From Pseudomonadota bacterium (GTDB lineage Bacteria; Cyanobacteriota; Vampirovibrionia; LMEP-6097): DNA of 30,899 nucleotides. The stretch's first letter is position 1; each line of letters starts with the position of its first letter. The translations under genes and the position numbers were made by a program. Below the pieces are notes generated by a model that was given only the letters and a program-made list of their open reading frames with translations, had not been told where the DNA came from and searched no databases. The stretch spans positions 1 through 30,899 of the forward strand of contig RFQS01000001.1 of NCBI GenBank assembly GCA_009924885.1. The letters are read 5' to 3'. This document shows positions 10,908 through 19,958 of this stretch, piece after piece.

Positions 10908-11510
10908 CTAACTAGTCGCTAAGGTTTCAAGTAAAATCTGAGCCATTTCTTTAAGACTCATGCGTTTATCCATAGCCTCTTTTTGAAGTTTTCTATAAGC
11001 TACTTGTTCTGGGATATCAAATCTAGTCATCAAGATACCTTTAGCTTTTTCTACTAATTTTCTAGTTTCGATTTTATCTTTCAGAGTATCTACTTCTTGA
11101 CGCAGTTCTCGCATTTCTACAGCTCTTGCTAAAGATATTTCGATAGCTGGTATTAGATCTGGCTTTCTGAGAGGCTTTGTTAAATAAGCGAAAACTCCTG
11201 CGGCACTAGCTTGCTCAATAAGGTCTTGTTGACTGTAAGCTGTGAGCATAATTACAGGAATAATACTGGCGAAATTTTCTTGAATCTGCTTAGCCGTGGT
11301 AATGCCATCCTGTTTAGGCATGCGAACATCCATGAAAATTATGTCTGGCTCTGCTTGTTTAATAAGTTCTAAAGCCTCGCTACCATCTTTGGCCTCACCT
11401 ACGACTTTATAGACTAGGGATTCATGTAGCATCTCTCTCAAGTCCATTCTGATCAATGGTTCATCATCAACAATAAAAACTTTAATCAAATGCTCGTCAG
11501 AGTTACTCAT
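10908..11510 (-). CDS. REC-ANTAR response regulator (PdtaR/EutV type)
   Basis: IVDDEPLIRMDL, FMDVRMP (phosphoacceptor Asp), YLTKP, then ANTAR helix RKLVEKAKGILM...AYRKLQKEAMDKRMSLKEMAQ. ATG 11510 is preferred over TTG 11522. Confidence 0.93.
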   Translation of the reverse strand: MSNSDEHLIKVFIVDDEPLIRMDLREMLHESLVYKVVGEAKDGSEALELIKQAEPDIIFMDVRMPKQDGITTAKQIQENFASIIPVIMLTAYSQQDLIEQASAAGVFAYLTKPLRKPDLIPAIEISLARAVEMRELRQEVDTLKDKIETRKLVEKAKGILMTRFDIPEQVAYRKLQKEAMDKRMSLKEMAQILLETLATS

Positions 11511-11533
11511 ATTTAAAAACAACCGTACTTTAT

Positions 11534-11562
11534 ATTATAAGGCTATATTGAGATATTTTCAC
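11534..11562 (-). promoter_or_regulatory. Internal sigma70-type promoter for the ANTAR regulator (GTGAAA-N17-TATAAT)
   Basis: Perfect TATAAT at 11539-11534, 17-nt spacer, -35 GTGAAA overlapping the kinase stop codon. Confidence 0.5.
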
Positions 11563-12956
11563 TCGACATTAAGGTTTAGAAGTTTGTTCATGGGAATTAG
11601 CATCTCCACTTTCGCTCCAGAATGGGACTTATCTATATTAATCTTCGCCTCAAGGCACTCTTCTGCAAGGTTCTTGATGATTTCCCAGCCAAGCCCAGTC
11701 GTCTTATTAAAATTAAAGTTCTCTGGAAAGCCTGTTCCGTTATCAGCTATAGAGAGTAGGAGTGTATTAGGGTCGTATTCTAAATAATTTAAGCTAATAT
11801 CTATTTGGCTTAGCTTTTCCCCAGCGTGTTCTAGAGAGTTAGATAATAATTCATTTAAAATTAAAGCTAGTTTCGTCGCCTCGTCACTCTGTATAAGGAT
11901 TTTCTGCGGGCAGTAAAAATTTATTGATAAATTTTCTAAACCGAAGGAGGCTAAAAGATTTTTAATGATCTGCTGTGAAAGATAACCGAAATCAATATTC
12001 TCTATATCATCACTGTGGGAGAGGGATTCATGTACTATGCTAATACTGTTAGTACGGTTAATCGCTTCATTAAAGCAGTCTTTAAGCTCAGGATTTCTGC
12101 GTTGCTGCATTCTAAGAAGAGAAGCGACTGTCTGTAAATTATTTTTCACGCGGTGATGTATTTCTTTTAGTAAAGTCTCCTTAATTTTTAATTCGGAAAT
12201 ATCTTTTAAAATAACGGCTGAAAAGCCTTCCGTAAGAGGTACATAGCGTAATCTTAGAGACCTACGCCTAAGAGTTATTTCTTCCATAGCTTCTATAGAA
12301 TTAGCGGTCTGTTTGCCTTTATATTTTTTAGAGTAGTTATGGAGTAGATCATCTAAGGATCTGCCGAGTAATTGATTAGTATGTTCTGCTATCTCTGAAA
12401 GTAAGCTTACTGAGATAGGGTTAGGGAAAAATATTTTTCTATCTTCTTTTAAAATAATTACCCCTTCCCCTAGGCTGATAGCTGGGAAATTAGTGTCAGT
12501 AAGTAATTTACTTTTAAGCGATTTAATTAAAATATCTGCGATAAAATCCCAGTGTCTACCAAGTATTAAGCGAGTTAGATATATATCTCTCTGAATCGCT
12601 ATTACGGCGATGGCTTCGTCAGTGCTTCCACCACAATCTGAATCTAGGATAGGGTAAGCAAACTCTTGTATTCTTCTGTTTTCGACTACTAAGCCATACT
12701 GGCCTACTAGAGGTTTACCTAGCTGGAAAGCCTTTTGTATAAAGGCATCCTTATGAATTTGAAAACGCCTGCCTTTATCTATGCTTTTTGCAGAGGAGTC
12801 GAGATAGAAAGAATCTTGCTTCGAGTGATAGTAGTTATGAACGAATATTTCTAATTCTTGTGAGTGGATATTTTTAATAAATAATCTAATATCAGCAAGT
12901 AGAATCTCAGAGATAAAGGGTAGGTTATTATCAAGAAAATTTATAAGGTTAGCCAC
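11559..12956 (-). CDS. Cytoplasmic sensor histidine kinase, HisKA_2 family (PdtaS/EutW type)
   Basis: EIHHRVKNNLQ H-box, LILNELLSNSLEHA N-box, DNGTG and GLGW G-boxes. The N-terminus (FISEILLADIRLF) resembles the PdtaS GAF-like input domain; no TM helix. Confidence 0.9.
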   Translation of the reverse strand: MANLINFLDNNLPFISEILLADIRLFIKNIHSQELEIFVHNYYHSKQDSFYLDSSAKSIDKGRRFQIHKDAFIQKAFQLGKPLVGQYGLVVENRRIQEFAYPILDSDCGGSTDEAIAVIAIQRDIYLTRLILGRHWDFIADILIKSLKSKLLTDTNFPAISLGEGVIILKEDRKIFFPNPISVSLLSEIAEHTNQLLGRSLDDLLHNYSKKYKGKQTANSIEAMEEITLRRRSLRLRYVPLTEGFSAVILKDISELKIKETLLKEIHHRVKNNLQTVASLLRMQQRRNPELKDCFNEAINRTNSISIVHESLSHSDDIENIDFGYLSQQIIKNLLASFGLENLSINFYCPQKILIQSDEATKLALILNELLSNSLEHAGEKLSQIDISLNYLEYDPNTLLLSIADNGTGFPENFNFNKTTGLGWEIIKNLAEECLEAKINIDKSHSGAKVEMLIPMNKLLNLNVE

Positions 12957-12969
12957 TATGAATCTTTTA

Positions 12970-14274
12970 CTATGCTTTTATTGTGGCGTGAGTTACTAGT
13001 TTACAGAATTTTTTCTTGCCGACCTGTAAAATAGCTGCTGTATTATCCTGATTTTCAGTCGAATCACTGATGGACTTCATATACTCTAAAGTCAGTTTTA
13101 AGAAAACATCAGCAACCTTTTCACCATTAAGTTTAACGCCACCACCCTGTATAAGACGCTTCGCTTCAGCCTTAGTCTCAGCGAGTTCTTTTAAGACTAT
13201 TAAATCGACTAATAGAATGCCTGAATCTAGATCACAGTCTTTAAGCTCAGATAAATTACACTCTGGAATATCGTCTGGGACTAATTTTTTCTTAAATAAA
13301 TTTTCAAAATGCTCTTTAGCTCTTGCTGCCTCTTCTTTAGAATAATAAGTTTCTACTATTCTCATAGCTAGCTCTACTTTAATATCTCTGGGGTTAAATG
13401 TCTCTCGCTGACTAAGTTTCTCTGCCACTTCTTTTAAAAGCTCTGCTGATGGCGATAGGCAGAGAGTATAGTAATCTAAAATCATTTCATCACTGATACT
13501 CATAGTCTTGCCGAACATGTCTTCAGGACTATCATTTAAGGCGATGTAATTAAGGCTAGTCTTAGACATTTTTTTCTGCCCGTCTAGTCCTATTAATAGT
13601 GGCATAGTTAAAATATGCTGCTGAGGCTGATCATAAGCCTTCTGTAAGTCTCTACCGACCATTAAATTGAAGGTTTGATCAGTGCCACCTAGTTCTATAT
13701 CTGCTTTTACTTCGACGCTGTCGAAACCCTGTAAGAGTGGGTAAAAAATCTCATGCGCGAATAGCGGATTTCCTTCATCGAGCCTTTTTCCGAAGGCTTC
13801 TTTCGCTAACATCTGATTAATAGTAACTTTCCCTGCAAGCTTCAGCATATCGTTTAAAGAAAACTTATTAAACCAGTCAGCATTATTTACGATTTCTACT
13901 TTATTTAGGTCTAAAACTTTAGAAACCTGATCTAGATAGGTCTGCGCGTTTTTAGCTACATCTTCAGCTGTGAGAGGAGGTCTAGCTGAGTTTCTACCAG
14001 AGGGGTCACCGACCTGAGCAGTAAAACCACCTATGATTAAAACCGCTTGGTGACCGAGTTCCTGAAACTGTTTGAGTTTCTGCATACAGACCATATGACC
14101 TAAGTGTAAATCTGTACTGGTAGGATCTATACCAAGCTTAACTCTCAGCTGCTTTCCTTCTTTAGCAGTATCTTTCAGTAATTTTTCTAATTCTTTAGTT
14201 CCACCAGGCTTAAAATCTACTATGCCGTTTAAGGTTTTTTGGATTTTTTCATCTGTACTCAAGTTAGCTTGCAT
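12970..14274 (-). CDS. tyrS: Tyrosine--tRNA ligase
   Basis: KLGIDPTSTDLHLGH (HIGH), YPLLQGFDS, ELGGTDQTFN, KMSKT, C-terminal S4 domain. Confidence 0.98.
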   Translation of the reverse strand: MQANLSTDEKIQKTLNGIVDFKPGGTKELEKLLKDTAKEGKQLRVKLGIDPTSTDLHLGHMVCMQKLKQFQELGHQAVLIIGGFTAQVGDPSGRNSARPPLTAEDVAKNAQTYLDQVSKVLDLNKVEIVNNADWFNKFSLNDMLKLAGKVTINQMLAKEAFGKRLDEGNPLFAHEIFYPLLQGFDSVEVKADIELGGTDQTFNLMVGRDLQKAYDQPQQHILTMPLLIGLDGQKKMSKTSLNYIALNDSPEDMFGKTMSISDEMILDYYTLCLSPSAELLKEVAEKLSQRETFNPRDIKVELAMRIVETYYSKEEAARAKEHFENLFKKKLVPDDIPECNLSELKDCDLDSGILLVDLIVLKELAETKAEAKRLIQGGGVKLNGEKVADVFLKLTLEYMKSISDSTENQDNTAAILQVGKKKFCKLVTHATIKA

Positions 14275-14330
14275 TGCGAAGACTAATTATAAAGCTTCGG
14301 ATGTCTCCATGCAAAAGAGATGAAAATTAT

Positions 14331-14358
14331 TTAATTAAGCTAGCGATAGCTTGATTAA
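14331..14358 (-). terminator. Hairpin at the TPR gene stop, possible weak terminator or processing site
   Basis: + strand ttaatTAAGCTA-gcga-TAGCTTGattaa: 6 perfect bp extended by 6 more with one mismatch. There is only a short T-run downstream on the minus strand. Confidence 0.3.
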
Positions 14359-16448
14359 GATACTAAATCATAATAAGGAACTTTATTGTTAGGATCTATA
14401 ATCTGAATTTTATATTTTTCATCTCGTTCTAAACCAAATTTAGAATCTATAGTCTTAGAAGGTAAGCCAGCCTGTGATTGTATTAACTTTTGTATATTTT
14501 CTTTGGTCTCTTCATCTTCAGATTGAGCTAAAAATTCGTTCCAGAGTTCCATCGCTTTATCTTTTTTCTTTAGGTTCCAGTAGCAGAGACCTAATACATA
14601 GTAGTTTTCAAGAAATTTAGGATTAAGCTCTAAAACTTTTTCATAGTAAGTGAGGGCTTCTTTATGTTTTTTCTGTGACTGTAAAAGAAGACCGAAATTA
14701 TAATTAGCTAAATAATCTGTCGGGTAATACTCTAAAGCTCTAGCGTAGTAGTTTTCAGCTTCTTTATCTAAAGACAGTGCTTTAAAAGTATTAGCAGTAC
14801 CGAGTATCGCCTCTAAATTACGAGGCTCTTTAGTAACAGCTGTCTGATATTCAGTTAAAGCATCGAAATGATTTTGGGTATCTTTCAGTAATTTAGCTAA
14901 TTTTAGTCTTGATTTCTGAGTGTTATCGAATGCTATCGCTAATCTAAGCTGTTCTATCGCATCTTGTGTTTTACCTTGTGAGATTAATAAGTCAGCATAA
15001 GTCTGTCTGAGATTCAAGTCTGTGGGTTTTTCTTTTAGGGCGATTTCGACTATCCCTTGAGCTTCTTTAACTTTATCTTGATCTAGTTTTACTGTGAGCA
15101 GATTCTTGTAAAGATCATCTATTTTTTTAAATTTAGCTAAATTCTCTTTATCTGCAAGAACTATTTCCAGATTGGCTTCTGATGATTTTAAATCGCCTTT
15201 TTGTTTTTGTGCAATTGCAAGATTATAATGAATGTCATTTTTTAATTGAGGATCTAATTTTTGTGGAATGCCTAGTATTTCATTGTAGTGCGATATTGCA
15301 GCATCATATTTTTCTAACTGTTGTTCTGAGCTAGCTAACAAGAACAGTGACTCGACGTCGTTAGGTTTTATTTGTAATAATTTTTGCAAATGAGTAGTCG
15401 CAAGTGGGTAGTTTTTCTTTTCATAGTACAGTCTTGCAATGTTATATAAAGTTTTAGAATCATCAGGATTCTTTTCTAGAGCTTTATTGTAGTTAATAAT
15501 AGCTTCGTCATATTTACCCTCTTGCTGTTGTATATAGGCTGCCATATTATAATCTTCGACATATAAATAAGCATCTATGGCTTTTTGCTTTTCATTATTT
15601 AAATAAAATACTTTAGCTAAAGCTTTATGCCAGACATCTTCATTCTTAAGTTTTATGGCGTTTTGGTAATTTTTAACAGCTTCATCATAATTGCCGAATT
15701 TAGATTCTATAAAGGCTAGATCAGCATAGATATTCGGTACATTTCCATCTATCTGGGCTGCTTTCTTATAGCTCTCGCGAGCGTTTTCATACTGACTTAA
15801 GGCAAGCCAAGAGTCTGCAACGTTCTTGTGGACGGCATAATCATTCTGTTCATATTTAAGAACATAGTTATACTGCTCAATAGCTGCTAAATAATTATCG
15901 GTTGACTGAAGTGAAGCTGCTAAGTAGCTTCTAGCTCTTAAATGATCAGGGTAAGCCATGATAATACGATTAAATAGTTCTATTGCCTCTTTAAAATTTT
16001 TCTGTTCAAAATGATAAAGGGCTAAATCAAAGGTAAGGAGAACGTTATCGGGTTCTATGGTCGATGCTCTCTTAAAATAAGTGTAAGCCTTCTCGGTTTC
16101 ATTAAGCCTAGTGTACGCCTGAGCGAGAAGAAGATTTATCATCGCATCACTAGGAGAGAATTCTAGAGCTTTATTGAAATATGAAACAGCTCTTCTGCCA
16201 TTATCTTGTTCCTCTGCCTGAGACTTGGTTGGTTTATTTAAATAGATTAAACCTAATTTAGTAAGTAGGGAACTATCTGTTTTATCAAACTCATACGCTT
16301 GAGCAAATTTACGAATCGCGGTATCAAAATCCCCGCTCTTCTCTGCTTTTACAGCTTGGCTGTAATAGAGATCAAATCTTTCTTCTCTCGTGACCGCATG
16401 GCTAGAGAGTCCAAAAAACATAATAAAGGCTATTATTAGGAACTGCAT
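14355..16448 (-). CDS. Exported TPR-repeat protein (697 aa)
   Basis: Signal-peptide-like start (MQFLIIAFIMFFGLSSHA) followed by many 34-aa TPR-like units (e.g. AIINYNKALEKNPDDSKTLYNIA). Confidence 0.9.
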   Translation of the reverse strand: MQFLIIAFIMFFGLSSHAVTREERFDLYYSQAVKAEKSGDFDTAIRKFAQAYEFDKTDSSLLTKLGLIYLNKPTKSQAEEQDNGRRAVSYFNKALEFSPSDAMINLLLAQAYTRLNETEKAYTYFKRASTIEPDNVLLTFDLALYHFEQKNFKEAIELFNRIIMAYPDHLRARSYLAASLQSTDNYLAAIEQYNYVLKYEQNDYAVHKNVADSWLALSQYENARESYKKAAQIDGNVPNIYADLAFIESKFGNYDEAVKNYQNAIKLKNEDVWHKALAKVFYLNNEKQKAIDAYLYVEDYNMAAYIQQQEGKYDEAIINYNKALEKNPDDSKTLYNIARLYYEKKNYPLATTHLQKLLQIKPNDVESLFLLASSEQQLEKYDAAISHYNEILGIPQKLDPQLKNDIHYNLAIAQKQKGDLKSSEANLEIVLADKENLAKFKKIDDLYKNLLTVKLDQDKVKEAQGIVEIALKEKPTDLNLRQTYADLLISQGKTQDAIEQLRLAIAFDNTQKSRLKLAKLLKDTQNHFDALTEYQTAVTKEPRNLEAILGTANTFKALSLDKEAENYYARALEYYPTDYLANYNFGLLLQSQKKHKEALTYYEKVLELNPKFLENYYVLGLCYWNLKKKDKAMELWNEFLAQSEDEETKENIQKLIQSQAGLPSKTIDSKFGLERDEKYKIQIIDPNNKVPYYDLVS

Positions 16449-16477
16449 TTAAACTTTCTTGAGATTAATTATATCTC

Positions 16478-16506
16478 TTGACTAGGTTTATAAAGACGAA
16501 TAATTT
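16478..16506 (+). promoter_or_regulatory. Candidate sigma70 promoter TTGACT-N17-TAATTT for the MDR dehydrogenase
   Basis: Near-consensus -35 and correct spacing; the TTG chosen as start by the ORF track is this -35 box. Confidence 0.4.
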
Positions 16507-16522
16507 TAAGGAAAGTTGCACA

Positions 16523-17560
16523 ATGAGAAGTTATCTTTACTACGGTCCGCGAGATATTAGGTTAGAGGATGTGATTATTCCTGATTTACTTGATGGTGAA
16601 GTTTTAGTAAAAGTAATATATGCTGCGACGGGTGGTACTGATTTAAAAACCTTTCAGCGAGGTCATCCTAAAATTATTAAAAATATCCCATCCTCTTTTG
16701 GTTATGAGTTTGTAGGTATTGTTGAGTCAGTAGATTCCTCTGTAACTGGTTTTGAGCAAGGTGATTATGTAGTAGCTGCTAACACTGCGCCTTGCTATGA
16801 ATGTTTTTTTTGTAAGAAAGCAGAATATTCCCTTTGTGAGAATTTAGAATTTTTAAATGGTGCTTTTGCTGAATATATTAAAATTCCGAAAAACATCGTT
16901 AAACATAATCTATATAAGGTTTCTAGATTTGATAGGCTTGAGGAATTATGCCTAACTCAGACTCTTGCCGTTGCCTTGCATGGTTTTAAAAGGTCTTACA
17001 TTAAAGATGATGACAAGGTTATAGTTTATGGCTTAGGTCCTATTGGGCAGACTTTTATTAAATTAATTAAATTCTTTACCAAGGCTGAGGTCTACGCTGT
17101 GGCAAGGTCACAGCATAAATTGGATTTAGCTAAAGATAACGGAGCTGATTTCCTTGTAGATATAAATAATTTATCTGATGAAGAGATAAAAGCGAAGCTG
17201 AAGAATCTTCTTCCGCATGGTGCAGATGTCGTGATCGAGGCAGTAGGCAAGCCTGAGGCTTGGCAGCTCTGCTTAAGCTTAGTGAGAAAAGGTGGTCTAA
17301 TAAACTATTTCGGCGGCTGCGTGAAAGGTACGTCGATATTAGTGGATACTTTTCGTTTACATTATGATGAAATAAAACTTATAGGAGTCTTTCATCATAG
17401 TCCTGAATATATTAAAGCAGCTCTGGAGTTGATATCTGAGGATAAAATATGTATGAAAAACCTTATTAGTCAGAAATTTAGTTTAAGTGATTTGCCGAAA
17501 GCATTAGCCTTACATGAAGAAGGAAAAGTTTTTAAAACGCTGATTTATAACGAATTGTAG
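16523..17560 (+). CDS. Medium-chain (zinc-binding) dehydrogenase, threonine/sorbitol dehydrogenase-like, with substituted catalytic Zn ligands
   Basis: Structural Zn cluster CYECFFC-x7-C, Rossmann GLGPIG, DVVIEAVG. Start ATG 16523 follows an AAGGAAAG SD. Confidence 0.88.
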   Translation: MRSYLYYGPRDIRLEDVIIPDLLDGEVLVKVIYAATGGTDLKTFQRGHPKIIKNIPSSFGYEFVGIVESVDSSVTGFEQGDYVVAANTAPCYECFFCKKAEYSLCENLEFLNGAFAEYIKIPKNIVKHNLYKVSRFDRLEELCLTQTLAVALHGFKRSYIKDDDKVIVYGLGPIGQTFIKLIKFFTKAEVYAVARSQHKLDLAKDNGADFLVDINNLSDEEIKAKLKNLLPHGADVVIEAVGKPEAWQLCLSLVRKGGLINYFGGCVKGTSILVDTFRLHYDEIKLIGVFHHSPEYIKAALELISEDKICMKNLISQKFSLSDLPKALALHEEGKVFKTLIYNEL

Positions 17561-17657
17561 AGAATCGCGTAATCTATATCAAAATTCCGTTTAGGAAAAA
17601 TTAACAAAATTTAAGCTGTAAAGATAGTAGGATTGATTCTCAACGACAATTATAAAA

Positions 17658-17712
17658 GAGACTCAAAGACTACGAAAGTGCAGGAAATTAAATTTGCGTG
17701 TATAGGAGTCTC
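17658..17712 (+). other. Structured element in the LysR leader (7-bp closing stem GAGACTC/GAGTCTC with an internal helix)
   Basis: Arms at 17658-17664 and 17706-17712 are exact reverse complements; the interior can pair further. No known RNA family recognised. Confidence 0.4.
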
Positions 17713-17743
17713 GCCTCAACAGTGTTGTTGTTTGCGTCTAAAT

Positions 17744-18652
17744 ATGGCTACTACTCATGAAGAATTAGAATCATTCGTAACCATCGTGGAGTGTGGTACT
17801 TTTCGGTCAGCTGCCGACAAGTTAATTAAATCACAGTCATCTATTAGTTATGCTGTTAAGAGTCTTGAAGATGAGCTTGGTGTGAGCCTTTTTGATAGAA
17901 ACTTTTATCGACCTAGGCTTACTCCAGAGGGAGAGATTGTTTATCAGAAAGCTATTCTTATACTTAGCCTATCTAAAGATTTAAAAAGTATAAGCAAGAA
18001 TGTTGCCAGTGGCATTGAAACAAAATTAAGTCTCATTGTTGATTTAATAGCTCCTTCTGAGCAGATTATTAAAGTTATAGAGATTTTCAATCAAGAATTT
18101 CCTAATACTAGATTGAGTTTTAGTTTTGAGAGTGCTGATGTGCCTCTTGCTCAGCTTAATGCAGGTGAGGTTGATTTGATTATCTCAAATAAAGGTTCTA
18201 ATAAGATCCAGTTTAAAACCGAGGCTTGGCAGACTATAGAATTTATTCCAGTAGTGCAGCACTCGCATCCTTTGATTAAGCGAAAAGCAAGGCTTGAAGA
18301 TATTGAAAGTTATAATCAGATTATTCTTGATTCAGGGCATGATTACACTTCTGAAAAGAATAATCACTATAAAATGACTAATATCTGGAATGTGAGGGAT
18401 TTTCAGATTAAAAAGCAGATGATACTAAGAGGTTTGGGCTGGGGATTCTTACCAGAATATGCCATCAGGAATGAACTTAAGACTGGCGAGCTCAAAAAAA
18501 TTAAATATCTAGACGTTATGCAGGAAAATCTTTATTTAGTTTATCCTAAGGTGAAAGCTAATGGTCTTGCATTCTCATTTTTGAGAAAGGCTTTACTGGC
18601 TTCAAGTACCGTGCTCAGTTCTTACCCAAGTACCGACTGTGCGGCTAAATAA
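17744..18652 (+). CDS. LysR-family transcriptional regulator
   Basis: HTH ELESFVTIVECGTFRSAADKLIKSQSSISYAVKSLEDELGVSLFDR...LTPEG. Start ATG 17744 gives the typical ~300 aa length. Confidence 0.95.
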   Translation: MATTHEELESFVTIVECGTFRSAADKLIKSQSSISYAVKSLEDELGVSLFDRNFYRPRLTPEGEIVYQKAILILSLSKDLKSISKNVASGIETKLSLIVDLIAPSEQIIKVIEIFNQEFPNTRLSFSFESADVPLAQLNAGEVDLIISNKGSNKIQFKTEAWQTIEFIPVVQHSHPLIKRKARLEDIESYNQIILDSGHDYTSEKNNHYKMTNIWNVRDFQIKKQMILRGLGWGFLPEYAIRNELKTGELKKIKYLDVMQENLYLVYPKVKANGLAFSFLRKALLASSTVLSSYPSTDCAAK

Positions 18653-19954
18653 AATCTTTCTGTAAGTAATAATAATAATAGTGACCCAGATGCCAAAGAA
18701 ATAAAAATTTGTAATCAGGGAGTAAAGTATAGATTTAATTATAGAGTATTGTTTATAGATTCTTAATCCATGAAACTGATTCATAAACATAATTAAACCT
18801 AGAGAAATGCTAAGCAGCATTAGAAAACTGATATAAGTCTCTCGGTGAGAGAAGTATCTAATAAATTCATAAACGATATCTAAGCTTACCCACAGAGGAA
18901 TACTAAACTGGCAGAGGAAAACGAAAGTATCAAATATTTGGTTCAGTGTGAGATTACCAGGTTTTAGCAACTGCAAGAAATAGTTTAGATATCTTCGCAT
19001 ACTACCTTCTGCCCATCTGCGTCTTTGTTTTATGAGACCAGCCATAGTTGGTACACCTTCTTCATAGACTTTATTCTCTGGACTAAAACGTATGTCCCAG
19101 CCATTGACATGCAGGCATGTAGAAAGATCTAAATCATCGGTTAAAGTATCTTCATTCCATCCACCTACATGCTCTAAAGTTTCTCTTTTAATAAGTTGTC
19201 CATTGCCTCTTAATTCTACCGAGCCGCGGATACTATCACGTCCCATCTGTAAGTAGGTGTCCATGGCATATTCATGAAATTGACATTTCACCAGAAAATT
19301 CTTTTCAGGGTTGGATATGACTTTTTGGGATTGTACTGCACCTACCAGTGGATCATTTAAGTAAGGGACTATGTTTCGTAAAAAATCCTTTTCGACTCTA
19401 GCATCAGCATCAAAGACGCAGATAACTTCAGAGTTAGATATTCTTAGTGCATCATTTAAAGCCGCTGCTTTCCCTGGTACTGCATCAGTATGCCTATCTA
19501 AGATAATTAATCTCTCAGGGTGTTTTGCTGCAACAGAGCGCATTAAATCAAGGGTAGAGTCATTGCTGCGATCGTTAATGGCATAGACTTTGTAATCGTC
19601 ATAATTTAAGTCCATCATAAATTCTAAAGTCTCTTTAATAACATTCTGCTCATTATGAGCCGAAATAAAAATATCTATTGATGGAGAATACTTGGTATCT
19701 AGCTCTCTAGGCTTTTTACGCCTATGGTATTGGGCTATAAAAAGAAAAATAGAATGAAAGAGCATGCATAAAAGCAATAACGCAAGCAGTGCTAGTGAAA
19801 CATTACAAGGAAGCAGATCTAGAAATTTTTGTGGAACAAATTCCTCCAAGGCCGTTATCAGTAACCAGATAGCAGCGATGATTCCAAAAAGTAGGAACCT
19901 TTCTCTGTTATTACCCTTCCACCAAGTGAAAATTTTTAATTGTCTAAGTGCCAT
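18602..19954 (-). CDS. mgdA: GT2 processive-type glycosyltransferase closely resembling cyanobacterial monoglucosyldiacylglycerol synthase MgdA
   Basis: GKAAALN, VFDADA, ELRGNGQ, GGWNEDTLTDDLDL, EEGV, QRRRWAEG..RYL.Y, with N- and C-terminal TM helices. The motif set matches what I recall of Synechocystis Sll1377; orthology not computed. Confidence 0.65.
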   Translation of the reverse strand: MALRQLKIFTWWKGNNRERFLLFGIIAAIWLLITALEEFVPQKFLDLLPCNVSLALLALLLLCMLFHSIFLFIAQYHRRKKPRELDTKYSPSIDIFISAHNEQNVIKETLEFMMDLNYDDYKVYAINDRSNDSTLDLMRSVAAKHPERLIILDRHTDAVPGKAAALNDALRISNSEVICVFDADARVEKDFLRNIVPYLNDPLVGAVQSQKVISNPEKNFLVKCQFHEYAMDTYLQMGRDSIRGSVELRGNGQLIKRETLEHVGGWNEDTLTDDLDLSTCLHVNGWDIRFSPENKVYEEGVPTMAGLIKQRRRWAEGSMRRYLNYFLQLLKPGNLTLNQIFDTFVFLCQFSIPLWVSLDIVYEFIRYFSHRETYISFLMLLSISLGLIMFMNQFHGLRIYKQYSIIKSILYSLITNFYFFGIWVTIIIITYRKILFSRTVGTWVRTEHGT

Positions 19955-19958
19955 GAAT

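Noticed and set aside
14275-14354. Possible T-box riboswitch before tyrS
   Set aside because: Only 80 nt are available, there is no T-box consensus, and a TATAAT sits 11 nt before the ATG.
17665-17684. AAAGAC and AAAGTG hexamers resembling ANTAR loops (A1, G4)
   Set aside because: Neither is closed by a stem of at least 3 bp, so the dual-hairpin architecture is absent.
17658-17716. tRNA-like reading of the LysR leader (7-bp stem followed by G-CC)
   Set aside because: Only 55 nt between the stem ends, no TTC loop or D arm, and the end is CCT rather than CCA.
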